Assembly (NCBI GenBank): GCA_963756045.1
Contig: CAVWML010000013.1
Span: 335-64,334, forward strand
Direction of reading: 5' to 3'
Source of the DNA: an uncultured Actinomycetota bacterium
GTDB lineage: Bacteria; Actinomycetota; Actinomycetes; Propionibacteriales; Nocardioidaceae
Length of the DNA: 64,000 nt
The notes below the pieces were generated by a model, which was not told where the DNA came from, made no database searches, and saw nothing but the letters and a program-made list of their open reading frames with translations. The translations under genes were made by a program, and so were the position numbers. Of this stretch, positions 10,073 to 19,382 are shown piece by piece (within the stretch, counting starts at the first letter, position 1; every line of letters begins with the position of its first letter).

Positions 10073-11463
10073 ATGAGTGACGAGAAGGGCCTCCCTGGCG
10101 GCGACGACTCCGGGGACGAGCAGAACCCCTTCAAGGGGACCCCGTTCGAGCAGATCTTCGGCGCCTTCGGATCCAGCCTCGGCGGGGGCTCCGGCGCGGG
10201 TGGCCAGATGCCTGACTTCTCGGCGCTGCTGGGGCAGGTGCAGGCGATGATGGCGCCGTACGACGGGCCGGTGAACTGGACGCTCGCGACCGACATCGCG
10301 CGGCGTACCACCGCCCAGCAGCCCGACCCGAGCCCCGACCGGGGCGACCAGGGCCGGGTCGCCGACGCGATGCGACTGGCCGACCACTGGCTCGACAGCG
10401 CCACCGTGCTCCCCTCCGGGGTCCGCACGACCGCGGCGTGGAGCCGCGCGGAGTGGATCGAGCAGACCACCGACGTCTGGAAGGTGCTCGTCGAGCCGGT
10501 CGCCGAGCACGTCGTCGGCGCCATGGGCGAGTCGATGCCCGAGGAGGCCAAGTCGATGGCCGGCCCGCTGATCGGGATGCTCGGCAAGGCCGGTGGCGCC
10601 CTGTTCGGCAGCCAGGTCGGCTCGGCGCTCGGCGGGCTCGCGGGCGAGGTGCTCACCGCCAGCGACATCGGACTGCCGCTGGGGCCGGAGGGCACCGCGG
10701 CCCTGCTGCCGCACAACATCGAGGCGTTCGCCGAGGGACTCGACGTCAGCAAGGACGACGTCCTGCTCTACCTGTGCCTGCGCGAGGCCGCCCACCAGCG
10801 CCTGTTCGCGCACGTGCCGTGGCTGCGCCGGCACCTGATCTCCTCGGTCGAGGACTTCGGCCGCGGGGTGACCATCGACGTCTCCGGCATCGAGCAGGCG
10901 ATGGGCCAGCTCGACCCGACCAACATGGAGGCGCTGCAGGAGGCGCTGCAGGGCGGGCTGTTCGAGCCCCAGACGACGCCGGCGCAGAAGGCGGCCCTCG
11001 AGCGCCTCGAGACCACGCTCGCGCTCGTCGAGGGCTGGGTCGACGAGGTCGTCGGCCAGGCCACCGCCGAGCGGATGCCCGCGGCGGGCAAGCTCCAGGA
11101 GGCGATCCGACGGCGCCGGGCCGCCGGCGGTCCCGCCGAGGAGACCTTCGCCGCGCTGGTCGGCCTCGAGCTGCGCCCGCGCCGGCTCCGCGACGCCTCG
11201 ACGCTGTGGGGCTCGCTGCGCTCGCGCCAGGGCCTCGAGGCCCGCGACGCGGTGTGGGCCCACCCCGACCTGCTGCCGACGCCGGCCGACCTCGACGACC
11301 CGCTCGGCTTCCGCGAGGACCTGCCCGACGTGCCGCAGCTGACCGACGAGGCCTTCGACAAGGCGATCGGCGAGCTGCTCGACAGCGCCCGCGGCGACGA
11401 TGACCAGGAGGGGGCCGGAGGGCACGGAGGAGCGGCACCGGCGAGGAGCCACCCCGGGCGTGA
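10073..11463 (+). CDS. Zinc-dependent metalloprotease, DUF2342/Zincin_2 (3' end approximate)
   Basis: GPVNW, AWSRAEW, REAAHQRLF..VPWL, LETTLALVEGWVD, RRRA.GGPAE.TF..LVGLELRPR, W.HPDLLP. Confidence 0.9.
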
Positions 11464-11999
11464 GCCTGCTGGCCGACGCCCGCGACGTCCTCGCCCACTG
11501 GCAGGCTCCCGACGCGGCGCAGGAGTCGCTCCGCGCGTCGTACGTCGAGCACCTCGCAGCGCCATCCCGACGGGCTCTGGCGCCGCTGCTACCCCGACCA
11601 CCTGACCGCGGGCGCGCTGGTGCTCAGCCACGACCGGCGCCGGGTGCTGCTCAACCTGCACGCCAAGGCGGGTCGCTGGTTCCACTTCGGCGGCCACCTC
11701 GAGGACGCCGACGCGACGCTGGCCGCGGCCGCCCTGCGGGAGGCGACCGAGGAGTCCGGCGTCGACGGGCTGGTCCTCGAGGGCGAGCCGCTGCAGCTCT
11801 CGCGGCACGCCGTGGCCTTCTGCGACCCTCGCGGGCCGGTCGCACCACCTCGACGTCCGGTTCCTGGCGCACGCGGCGCCGCGGCGCCGAGCCCGTGGTC
11901 AGCGACGAGTCGATCGAGGTGCGCTGGTGGCCGGTCGAGGAGCTGCCCACCGACGACCCGGACATGCTCGCCCTGGTCGCCCTCGCGCTGGAGCGCTGA
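11460..11999 (+). CDS. NUDIX hydrolase (frameshifted)
   Basis: HLTA.ALV, GGHLE...AALREATEESG Nudix box, HLDVRF, SDES..VRWW. Confidence 0.85.
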   Translation: MSLLADARDVLAHWQAPDAAQESLRASYVEHLAAPSRRALAPLLPRPPDRGRAGAQPRPAPGAAQPARQGGSLVPLRRPPRGRRRDAGRGRPAGGDRGVRRRRAGPRGRAAAALAARRGLLRPSRAGRTTSTSGSWRTRRRGAEPVVSDESIEVRWWPVEELPTDDPDMLALVALALER

Positions 12000-12008
12000 C
12001 CGGAGGGG

Positions 12009-12546
12009 CTACTCGCAGGGCGGCGAGGGGTTGTCGGTGGCGTGCGCGACGCCCTCGAGGTAGCCCTTGGCCCGCTCGGCCCGCGGGTAGCGGTCGACCC
12101 AGTGCCAGAACCGCTTGTTGTGCGTGGGCTCGATGAGGTGCGCGAGCTCGTGGAGGAGCACGTAGTCGACGACCCAGGACGGCAGCGCCTGGAGCCGGTC
12201 GGAGAGCCGGATCTCGCCGCTGCTGGTGGTGCACGACGCCCAGCGCGTCGTCATGTTGTCGACCCAGCGCACCGAGGTCGGGCTCACCTTGTCGAAGAGG
12301 AACTCCTGCGAGAGCTCGCGCGAGCGCTGCATCAGCTGGTCGTCGGTGCGGCGCCGCCGTCGCTCGGAGCGCTCGAGACGCTCGAGCATCGTGGTCGACC
12401 CACTCGGCCTCCTCGGCCCGCGAGAACCGGTCGGGGATCATCACGATCACCTTGCCGTCGCGGCGGTACGCCGAGACCGTGCGGGTGCGGCGCCGGGACC
12501 GGCGCACCTCGACCTCGACCTCGCCCCGCGACAGGTTGGCCGTCAT
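12009..12546 (-). CDS. M48/YgjP-like (DUF45) metallopeptidase (frameshift)
   Basis: VEVRRS.RRTRTVSAY, RWASCT, IRLS.RL, DYVLLHELAHL, H.KRFW. Confidence 0.9.
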
Positions 12547-12590
12547 GCGCCAGAACCTAACGCGCGCGGAGCGACAGATCCGGGGAGGCG

Positions 12591-12641
12591 CGGACCAGGC
12601 CGGATCAGGCTGGATCAGGCCGGAGTCAGGCTCGGGTCAGG
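12591..12641. repeat. Short degenerate 10-bp tandem repeat (CGGATCAGGC x ~5)
   Basis: cggaccaggc cggatcaggc tggatcaggc cggagtcagg ctcgggtcag in the intergenic gap. Confidence 0.6.
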
Positions 12642-13712
12642 TCACGGGCACCGGCCGGGCCCAGTCGAGCAGCTTCTCGAGCGGCCAGGTGTTGACCACC
12701 CGCTCGGGCTCCAGCCCGAGCTCCTCGGCCCGCACGCAGCCGTAGGCCTGGAAGTCCAGCTGACCCGGGCGCGTGCGCGTCGCTGTCGATGGAGAACAGG
12801 CAGCCGGTCGCGATCGCGAGCCGCAGCAGGTCGGTGGGCGGGTCGCGCCGCTCGGGCCGGGAGTTGATCTCGACCGCCGTCCCGCTCTCGGCACAGGCCT
12901 GGAAGACCGCCGCCGCGTCGAACTCCGACTGGCTGCGCGTGCCGCGGTTGCCGGTGACGAGCCGACCGGTGCAGTGGCCGAGGACGTTGACGAAGGGGTT
13001 GCGGACCGCCGTGATCATGCGGCGGGTCATCTGGCGCGACTCCATGGCCAGCTTGGAGTGGACGGAGGCGACCCGCACCTCGAGCCGGTCGAGCATCTCC
13101 TCGGACTGGTCGAGCGAGCCGTCGTCGAGGATGTCCACCTCGATCCCCTTGAGCAGCCGGAAGCCGCTGCTCGTCGCGTCCAGGTGGGCGTTGACCGCCT
13201 CGACCACCTCGAGCTGCCGGCCCAGACGTGCGGCGGAGAGGCCGTTGGCCACCGTCAGCCGCGGCGAGTGGTCGGTGAGCACGAGGTACTCGTGGCCGAG
13301 CTCGATGGCGGTGAAGGCCATCTCCTCGATCGGCGAGCCCGCCGTCGGACCAGTCGCTGTGGGAGTGCAGGTCGCCGCGCAGCGCCGCGCGCAGGCCCTC
13401 GCCGCCGTCGACGAGCGGCCCGCCGACCTCGCGCTCCAGCGTGGCCAGCCGCTCGGGCACCCGCCCCTCGACGGCGTCCTGGATCACCTGGGCGGTGGAG
13501 GCCCCGATGCCGTCGAGGTCGCGCAGGGTGCCCTCGGCGACGCGCCTGCCGACCTCGTCGCCGAGCGGCAGGATCGTGTCCGCGGCAGCCCGGAACGCCT
13601 TCACCTTGTAGGTCTCCGCGCGGCTGCGCTCCAGCAGGAACGCGATCCTGCGCAGGGCCGCGACCGGCCCCTCGGTGTAGGCCTCAGCTGAGTCCGTGCC
13701 TGGCATGCGCAT
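12637..13712 (-). CDS. PHP-domain protein with PolX-like N-terminal HhH (frameshifted)
   Basis: LRRIAFLLER..A.TYKVKAF, GIGASTA, GDLHSHSDWSDGG, TDHSPRL.VANGL, GIEVDIL, EINSRPERRDP, DSDAHAPG. Confidence 0.88.
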
Positions 13713-13731
13713 GATTCTTTCGCACTAGATG

Positions 13732-13795
13732 TGATCCACAGCACTCGGCGACGGCTCCACACTGCGTCCACAGGGTTATCCACAAGCGGTGCACA
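13732..13795 (+). promoter_or_regulatory. Cluster of DnaA-box-like motifs
   Basis: Perfect TTATCCACA at 13776-13784 plus TGATCCACA (13732), GGCTCCACA (13753), GCGTCCACA (13764), CGGTGCACA (13787), all in one orientation. Confidence 0.65.
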
Positions 13796-13822
13796 ACTGT
13801 CCCAGGCGGGCTAGCCCCGAGG

Positions 13823-13851
13823 TTGACCGCCTCGGGGCGCTCGCCTAGCGT
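13823..13851 (+). promoter_or_regulatory. Housekeeping-sigma promoter (TTGACC-17-TAGCGT)
   Basis: -35 TTGACC 13823-13828, 17-nt spacer, -10 TAGCGT 13846-13851. Confidence 0.6.
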
Positions 13852-13857
13852 TACCGG

Positions 13858-13937
13858 CCATAAGGGGTCCCCGACGGGGTTTCCTGCGTTCGCAAGGGGA
13901 AGGCAAGCGCAGGAACGACCGTCGGGGACCCCCCTTT
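13858..13937 (+). ncRNA. Candidate small hairpin RNA with purine-rich loop AAGGGGAAG
   Basis: GGGGTCCCCGACGG/CCGTCGGGGACCCC and TTCCTGCG/CGCAGGAA stems ending in TTT, starting ~7 nt after the -10 box. Confidence 0.5.
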
Positions 13938-14048
13938 GACCGCAATTACGAGACTACAACTGGGCTAGTCGTTCTCTCGAAGCGCTTCGGCGGGGGCCGG
14001 ACGAGGGCAGACTGAGCGCGTGAGCGGGTGCAGCCAGCGGATGCCGCG

Positions 14049-15805
14049 ATGAGCGAGCGAGAAGACGTGCCGGTCGGCCTGGAGAAGGCCCCGACGGGCA
14101 TCGTCGGCTTCGACGAGATCACCGGTGGCGGAGTCCCCCGGGGCCGGCCCACCCTGGTCGCCGGGGCAGCGGGCACCGGCAAGACGCTCTTCGGCATCGA
14201 GTTCCTGGTCCGCGGGGCCCGCGACTACGGCGAGCCCGGCGTGATGATCAGCTTCGAGGAGTCGGCCCCCGACCTCGCGGTCAACGTGGCCAGCCTCGGC
14301 TTCGACCTCCGGGCCATGCAGCGCGACGGCACCCTGCTCATCGACGCCATCCACCTCGACGCCTGCGGAGTTCATCGAGTCCGGCAGCTTCGACCTCGAG
14401 GGGCTCTTCATCAGGCTGGCGAGCGCTGTCGCCGAGGTCGGCGCGAGGCGCGTCGTGCTCGACACCATGGAGCTCCTCTTCAGCGCGCTGCCCAACCAGG
14501 CCGTCGTTCGCGGCGAGCTCGGCCGGCTGTTCCGCTGGCTCAAGGACAACGAGCTGACCACGGTGATCACCGGCGAGCGTGGGAACGTCGCCGGCCAGCT
14601 CACCCGGTTCGGGATCGAGGAGTACGTCTCGGACTGCGTGGTGGTGCTCGACCACCGGGTCACCGAGGAGCTCTCCACGCGCCGGCTGCGGGTGACGAAG
14701 TACCGCGGCAGTGTGCACGGCACCAACGAGTACCCGTTCCTGATCACCAGCGAGGGCATCGTCGTCGTTCCCATCACCTCGATGGCGTTGGAGCACGAGG
14801 CCTCCGACGAGCGGATCACGAGCGGCATCCCGCAGCTCGACGAGATGATGGGCGGCGGGATCTACCGCGGCTCCACGGCGATGGTGAGCGGCAGCGCCGG
14901 CACCGGCAAGACGAGCATCGCCGCGGCGTTCGCCCAGGCGGGCTGCGAGCGCGGCGAGCGCGTGCTGTTCGTCTCCTTCGAGGAGTCCCCCGGACAGCTG
15001 ATCCGCAACATGTCCTCCATCGGGTTGGATCTGCGGCGCTGGATCGACGAGGGCCTGCTCCGGATCGAGTCCGTGCGCCCGACCGCCTTCGGGCTCGAGG
15101 AGCACCTCGCCATGCTCCACCGCCTGGTCCACCGGTTCGACCCGCAGATCGTCGTGCTCGACGCGATCGGCAGCATGGGCAGGGTCGCCGCCGATCCACG
15201 ACACGGCCCAGGTCATCTCCCGCGACGTGGACCTGCTCAAGAGCCGCGGGATCACCGGGTTGCTGACCACCTTGGCGCAACTCCTCCGGCGCCGAGACGA
15301 GCGAGGTCGACGTCTCCTCGCTCATCGACACCTGGCTGCTGCTGCGCAACCACGAGAGCAACGGCGAGCGCAACCGGCTGATGTTCGTGATCAAGAGCCG
15401 CGGGGTCGCCCACTCCAACCAGGTGCGCGAGTTCGAGCTGAGCGACGAGGGCCCGCGGCTGATCGAGGTGTACATCGGACCCGATGGCGTGCTCACCGGG
15501 TCCGCGCGGATAGCCCAGATGCAGCGCGAGGAGGCGGGCAAGAACGGCTCACGCGATCGAGGCGGAGCGCCGACGGTCTGCTGTCGCAACGGACCACGGC
15601 GATCGAGGCGCTGATCGCCGACCTGCAGGCCCAGCTGGCCCAGCTGGCCGCCGAGAAGGAGACCTACCGCGCGTTCGTCGCCACCCAGGGCGGCGGCGGG
15701 AGCGCCGGAGCCGCGGATCGAGCCGCGTTGAGCCGTCGCCTCAGTGAGCTCGGGGACGACAATGATGACGAGCACGGACACGTTGGCAGTGGAGGCCGCA
15801 GATGA
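14049..15805 (+). CDS. kaiC: Circadian clock protein KaiC (double RecA-like ATPase, KaiC2-like; frameshifted)
   Basis: [45 protein letters not shown]...[20 protein letters not shown], second [20 protein letters not shown]...[14 protein letters not shown]-terminal coiled coil. Confidence 0.93.
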
Positions 15806-16137
15806 CCGATGAGAACTCACGCGACTTCGGTAGCCCCGGGCCGCTCGACCGCAACGCGGTCGAGCTCAGGCTCTACGTCGCCGGTCAGTCACCGCGCTCG
15901 GTGCGGGCGATCGAGAATCTGCGCAAGGTGTGCGACGAGCACCTGGTCGGCAACTATCGTGTCGAGGTGATCGACCTGCTCGAGAACCCCGCCCTCGCGC
16001 GCGGCGACGAGATCGTCGCCGTACCGACCCTGGTGCGCCGGCTGCCGGAGCCCATCCGCAAGATCATCGGCGACCTCTCCGACACCGACCGCGTGCTGGT
16101 CGGGCTCCAGCTGCGCAGCGCAGAACCCAGCTCCTGA
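15802..16137 (+). CDS. kaiB: Circadian clock protein KaiB
   Basis: [17 protein letters not shown]...[36 protein letters not shown]; ATGA overlap with kaiC. Confidence 0.95.
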   Translation: MTDENSRDFGSPGPLDRNAVELRLYVAGQSPRSVRAIENLRKVCDEHLVGNYRVEVIDLLENPALARGDEIVAVPTLVRRLPEPIRKIIGDLSDTDRVLVGLQLRSAEPSS

Positions 16138-16899
16138 TGGGCCAGGAGCAGACGCACGAGCCCACCGAGAGCGAGCTCCTCGACCTCCGCAGCCAGGTCG
16201 CCAAGCTGCAGTCCGCGCTGGCCGAGCTCGGCGGCGGCATCGACGCCGTGGTCTACGGCGACGTCGACGGCGAGCGGATCTACACCGCCGGGAGCCGACC
16301 GCGCGCCCCGCGTGCTGGTGGAGCACATGGGCGAGGGCGCGGCCACGGTCTCCGAGGGCGGCGTGATCCTCTACGCCAACCCCACGCTGGCCTCCTTCTT
16401 CGGGGTCGGCCGCGAGGAGATGGCCGGGCGCGACCTCACCGACTTCGTGAGCGTGGAGCAGCTGCCCGCGGTGGCACGGCTGCTGGCTCCCGGCGGCACC
16501 CGGGAGCGCCGCGAGGAGATCACCGTGACCGAGCAGCACGGGCACGAGGTCCCGCTCCTGGTCGTGGCCACCGATCTCGAGGTCGACCGGGTCGCCATGC
16601 GTTGCCTGGTCTTCACCGACCTGAGCCTGCAGAAGGTGATCGAGCGACAGAGCGCCACCGACGCAGCCCGCACCGAGCGCCAGCAGGTGGCGCGGGAGGT
16701 CAACGACACGATCGTGCAGGGACTTGTCGCCGCCGAGATGGCCCTCGACCTCGGACAGGTCGACCTGGCGCGCAGAGTGGTCAGCCGCACCTCCGAGCAC
16801 GCACGGCACTGGATCGGCGAGCTCGTCGGCTCCGACCAGCTGCAGCCCGGCATGGCGCTGCGCAGCGGACCTGCCGGCAGCGGACAGGAGACGCCGTGA
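16137..16899 (+). CDS. PAS-domain sensor with truncated HisKA_3-like helix, no ATPase domain (frameshift near 16290)
   Basis: N-terminal coiled coil + IDAVV...IYT, LVEHMGEGA...ILYAN PAS, then AREVNDTIVQGL; TGATG coupling to kaiB. Confidence 0.8.
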
Positions 16900-17270
16900 G
16901 CGAGGGGCGCAGCGTCCTCGTCGTCGACGACTCCGAGGACCTCCGCGAGCTGATCGTGATGGTGATCCGGCGCCGACGGCAGAGCTGGCAGGTCGTGGGC
17001 ACGGCCGCCGAGGGCGAGGAAGCCATCGCCCGGGCCCGGGAGACCCAGCCCGACGTCGTGCTGCTCGACATCGCGATGCCGGTGATGGACGGTCTCGAGG
17101 CACTGCCGCACATCAAGGAGGTCGCTCCGGACGCCAAGGTGATCATGCTCTCGGGCTACCCCTTCGCCGTGGCCGGCCAGGGCGCGCTGGACGCCGGGGC
17201 CGACGGCTACCTCGAGAAGGCCAACCTCGTCCGAGAGCTGATCCCCAGCCTCGACAAGTTCAGCAACTGA
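16896..17270 (+). CDS. Stand-alone response regulator receiver protein
   Basis: VLVVDD, PDVVLLDIAMPVMDG, VIMLS, GADGYLEK; GTGA overlap. Confidence 0.9.
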   Translation: MSEGRSVLVVDDSEDLRELIVMVIRRRRQSWQVVGTAAEGEEAIARARETQPDVVLLDIAMPVMDGLEALPHIKEVAPDAKVIMLSGYPFAVAGQGALDAGADGYLEKANLVRELIPSLDKFSN

Positions 17271-17271
17271 G

Positions 17272-18072
17272 TCACTCGCCCCGGAAGCGCGGCGGCCGCT
17301 TCTCCCGGGCGGCGCGGATGCCCTCCTGCAGGTCGGCGGTCGCCAGCGTCACCGGCTGCGCCAGCGCCTCCCACTGGACGGCGGCCTCCAGGTCCCGATG
17401 GCCCTCGCGCAGGGCCACCGTGGTGTAGCGGCTCGGGATCGGCGCCGTCGCCGCGATGCCCTCGGCGGTCTCGAGGACCGCGGCGTCGAGGTCGGCGTCG
17501 GGGAAGACCCGGGTGACCAGACCCAGCCGCAGCGCCTCCTCGGCATCGACGGTGCGACCGGTCAGCAGCAGCTCGCGGGCGTGCGCCTCCCCGACGACGT
17601 CGGGGAGCAGGTGCGTGGCGCCCATCCCGGGGTTCATGCCGAGGCGGACGAACGGCGCGCCGAGCCGGGCACTCGCGGCGGCGTACCGGAGGTCGCAGGC
17701 CAGCGCCAGGCAGAGGCCGGCGCCGATGGCCGGGCCGTTGACCGCGGCGATGGTCGGCACCTCGAGGCTGCGGATCGAGAGCCAGGCACGGTAGAAGGGC
17801 AGCATCCGGGTCCGCAGGTAGTCGACGTCGGCGTCGGGCTCGCTCGCGATCCAGCCCGTGTTGCCGCCCGAGCAGAAGGCCGATCCCGCTCCGGTCACGA
17901 CGACGACGCGGACGTCGCGGTCAGCGCCGAGCTCGGCGACGGCGGCGGTCCACGAGGCCGTCATCTCATCCGACATCGCGTTGCGCTGCTCGGGGTTGTC
18001 GAGCACGAGCCGGACGACCCCGTCGGCAGGGCGCTCGACGCGCAGGTGGGCAGGGCGGCCGGAGTCGGACAT
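17272..18072 (-). CDS. Enoyl-CoA hydratase/isomerase family protein
   Basis: AFCSGG, PTIAAVNGPAIGAG..LALACDLR, A.EKR.P.F.G. Confidence 0.9.
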   Translation of the reverse strand: MSDSGRPAHLRVERPADGVVRLVLDNPEQRNAMSDEMTASWTAAVAELGADRDVRVVVVTGAGSAFCSGGNTGWIASEPDADVDYLRTRMLPFYRAWLSIRSLEVPTIAAVNGPAIGAGLCLALACDLRYAAASARLGAPFVRLGMNPGMGATHLLPDVVGEAHARELLLTGRTVDAEEALRLGLVTRVFPDADLDAAVLETAEGIAATAPIPSRYTTVALREGHRDLEAAVQWEALAQPVTLATADLQEGIRAAREKRPPRFRGE

Positions 18073-18242
18073 GCGCGGAGAATACCGACGTCCGGCACGC
18101 TCAGAACACGCCCGGGCTCAGGCGGGCGCCATGCGTGAGTTGAGCGTGGGCGTGGTCTAGGGTCAAGAACGGTCCGGCATCGGGCCCCGGCGGGTTTCCC
18201 CGACCCCCCGCCGAGACGACCAGGCAATCGAAGGAGGCCGTC

Positions 18243-18401
18243 ATGGCGGAGACCTGGAGCGGCGAGTTCTACTGCGTGAAGTGCAAGGAGAAGCGTGAGG
18301 CCGAGGGCGAGGTGAGGGTGAACGACAAGGGCACCCGGATGGCCAAGGCTGTCTGCCCCGTGTGCGGCACCAACCTCAACCGCATCCTCGGCAAGGCCTG
18401 A
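18243..18401 (+). CDS. DUF5679 small zinc-ribbon protein (52 aa, absent from ORF track)
   Basis: MAETWSGEFYCVKCKEKREAEGEVRVNDKGTRMAKAVCPVCGTNLNRILGKA; AAGGAGG RBS. Confidence 0.88.
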   Translation: MAETWSGEFYCVKCKEKREAEGEVRVNDKGTRMAKAVCPVCGTNLNRILGKA

Positions 18402-18422
18402 CCGGCCACACGCACAGTCGCC

Positions 18423-18455
18423 ACGGCGGCGGGACCTGCGCGGTCCCGCCGCCGT
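18423..18455 (+). terminator. Intrinsic terminator hairpin after DUF5679
   Basis: ACGGCGGCGGGACC-TGCGC-GGTCCCGCCGCCGT. Confidence 0.7.
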
Positions 18456-18537
18456 TCCGCGTCCGCAGCGTCGGTGGCCCTGCCTGTGGATGGTCGTTCG
18501 CGGCGGAGCGCCGGCGTCGCGCCTAGCCTCCTGCCTC

Positions 18538-19363
18538 ATGCTGTTGGAGCTCGCGCCCGGACTCCGGGTGGTCCGTCGCGGACCGCACCACCTGCAGGTT
18601 GGCCTGTACGACGACCGCCGGGCGGTCCTCCCGCGCACCGACCACGTCCTGGAGGTGGTGCGCCGGATCGCGGAGCGTGAGCCCGTCGACCTGGCCGAGC
18701 CGGGGGTCGCGAGCGCTGTCGGACACCTCGTCGCCACCGGGTGCGCGATGCCCTCCCTCGCGATCGACGGCGCACGCCGACGGCGACGCCGTGCCCACGT
18801 CGAGGTGCTCGGCACCCTCGGGCCCGGCATGCCCGACGCGGCAGCACTGCTGGCAGCGGCCGGGCTCGGCACCGATCACGATGACGACGAACCCGCGGCC
18901 GTCCTCGTGCTCGTGCCCGGGGAGCCCGACCGCAGCCTCTTCGACCCGTTCCTGCGACGCGAGCAGGCGCATCTCGTCGTCCGGGTGGTCGACGGCGCCG
19001 TCGTGGTGGGCCCGTTCGTCGTCCCCGGGCGATCGGCCTGCGTGCGCTGCCTGGACGCGCACCGCAGCGCGGAGGACCCCGACCACGTCGCCGTGCTCTC
19101 GCGCTACGTGGCCGCGACGCGGGGCCCGCGCCGCGACGGGCACGACGACCTCGCCGAGCCCGTGCTCGCGCACCTCGGGCTCGCCTGGGCGGTGCGCGAC
19201 CTGACGGTCCCACGTCGACGGTGGGCGCCCCACCACGTGGTCGAGCACGGTCCGGCTCGGGCCGGAGGTCTCCGGGGTGGTGCGGACCACGTGGCCGCCA
19301 CATCCGGATTGTGGATGTTGCTGGCCCGGGTCGCTTGCGGCCTGGGGGACAATGGAGGCGTGA
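18538..19363 (+). CDS. Rv3196-like ThiF/E1-like Zn-binding protein (frameshift near 19210)
   Basis: VGPFVVPGRSACVRCLDAHR...DP, C-terminal HPDCGC in the shifted frame; conserved position before ABC1 kinase. Confidence 0.75.
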
Positions 19364-19382
19364 GCTACCTCGAGGTGTCCGC

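Noticed and set aside
7441-10080. Very long antisense/alternative-frame ORFs (also 22843-25644, 34058-36535, 55034-58315)
   Set aside because: Shadow ORFs expected from high-GC codon bias, opposite well-supported genes and lacking motifs.
12591-12641. CRISPR-like or iteron array
   Set aside because: Only ~5 degenerate 10-bp units with no spacers and no cas or rep gene.
13732-13795. Chromosomal origin oriC
   Set aside because: No dnaA/dnaN nearby, only one perfect box and no clear AT-rich unwinding element; kept only as a regulatory cluster.
13940-17272. Mobile element carrying the kai operon
   Set aside because: No transposase, integrase, terminal inverted repeats or target duplication visible; the insertion is inferred from synteny only.
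18243-19363. RiPP/TOMM cluster (Cys-containing small peptide + cyclodehydratase-like gene)
   Set aside because: No YcaO, dehydrogenase or transporter; these are the conserved DUF5679 and Rv3196-like core genes.
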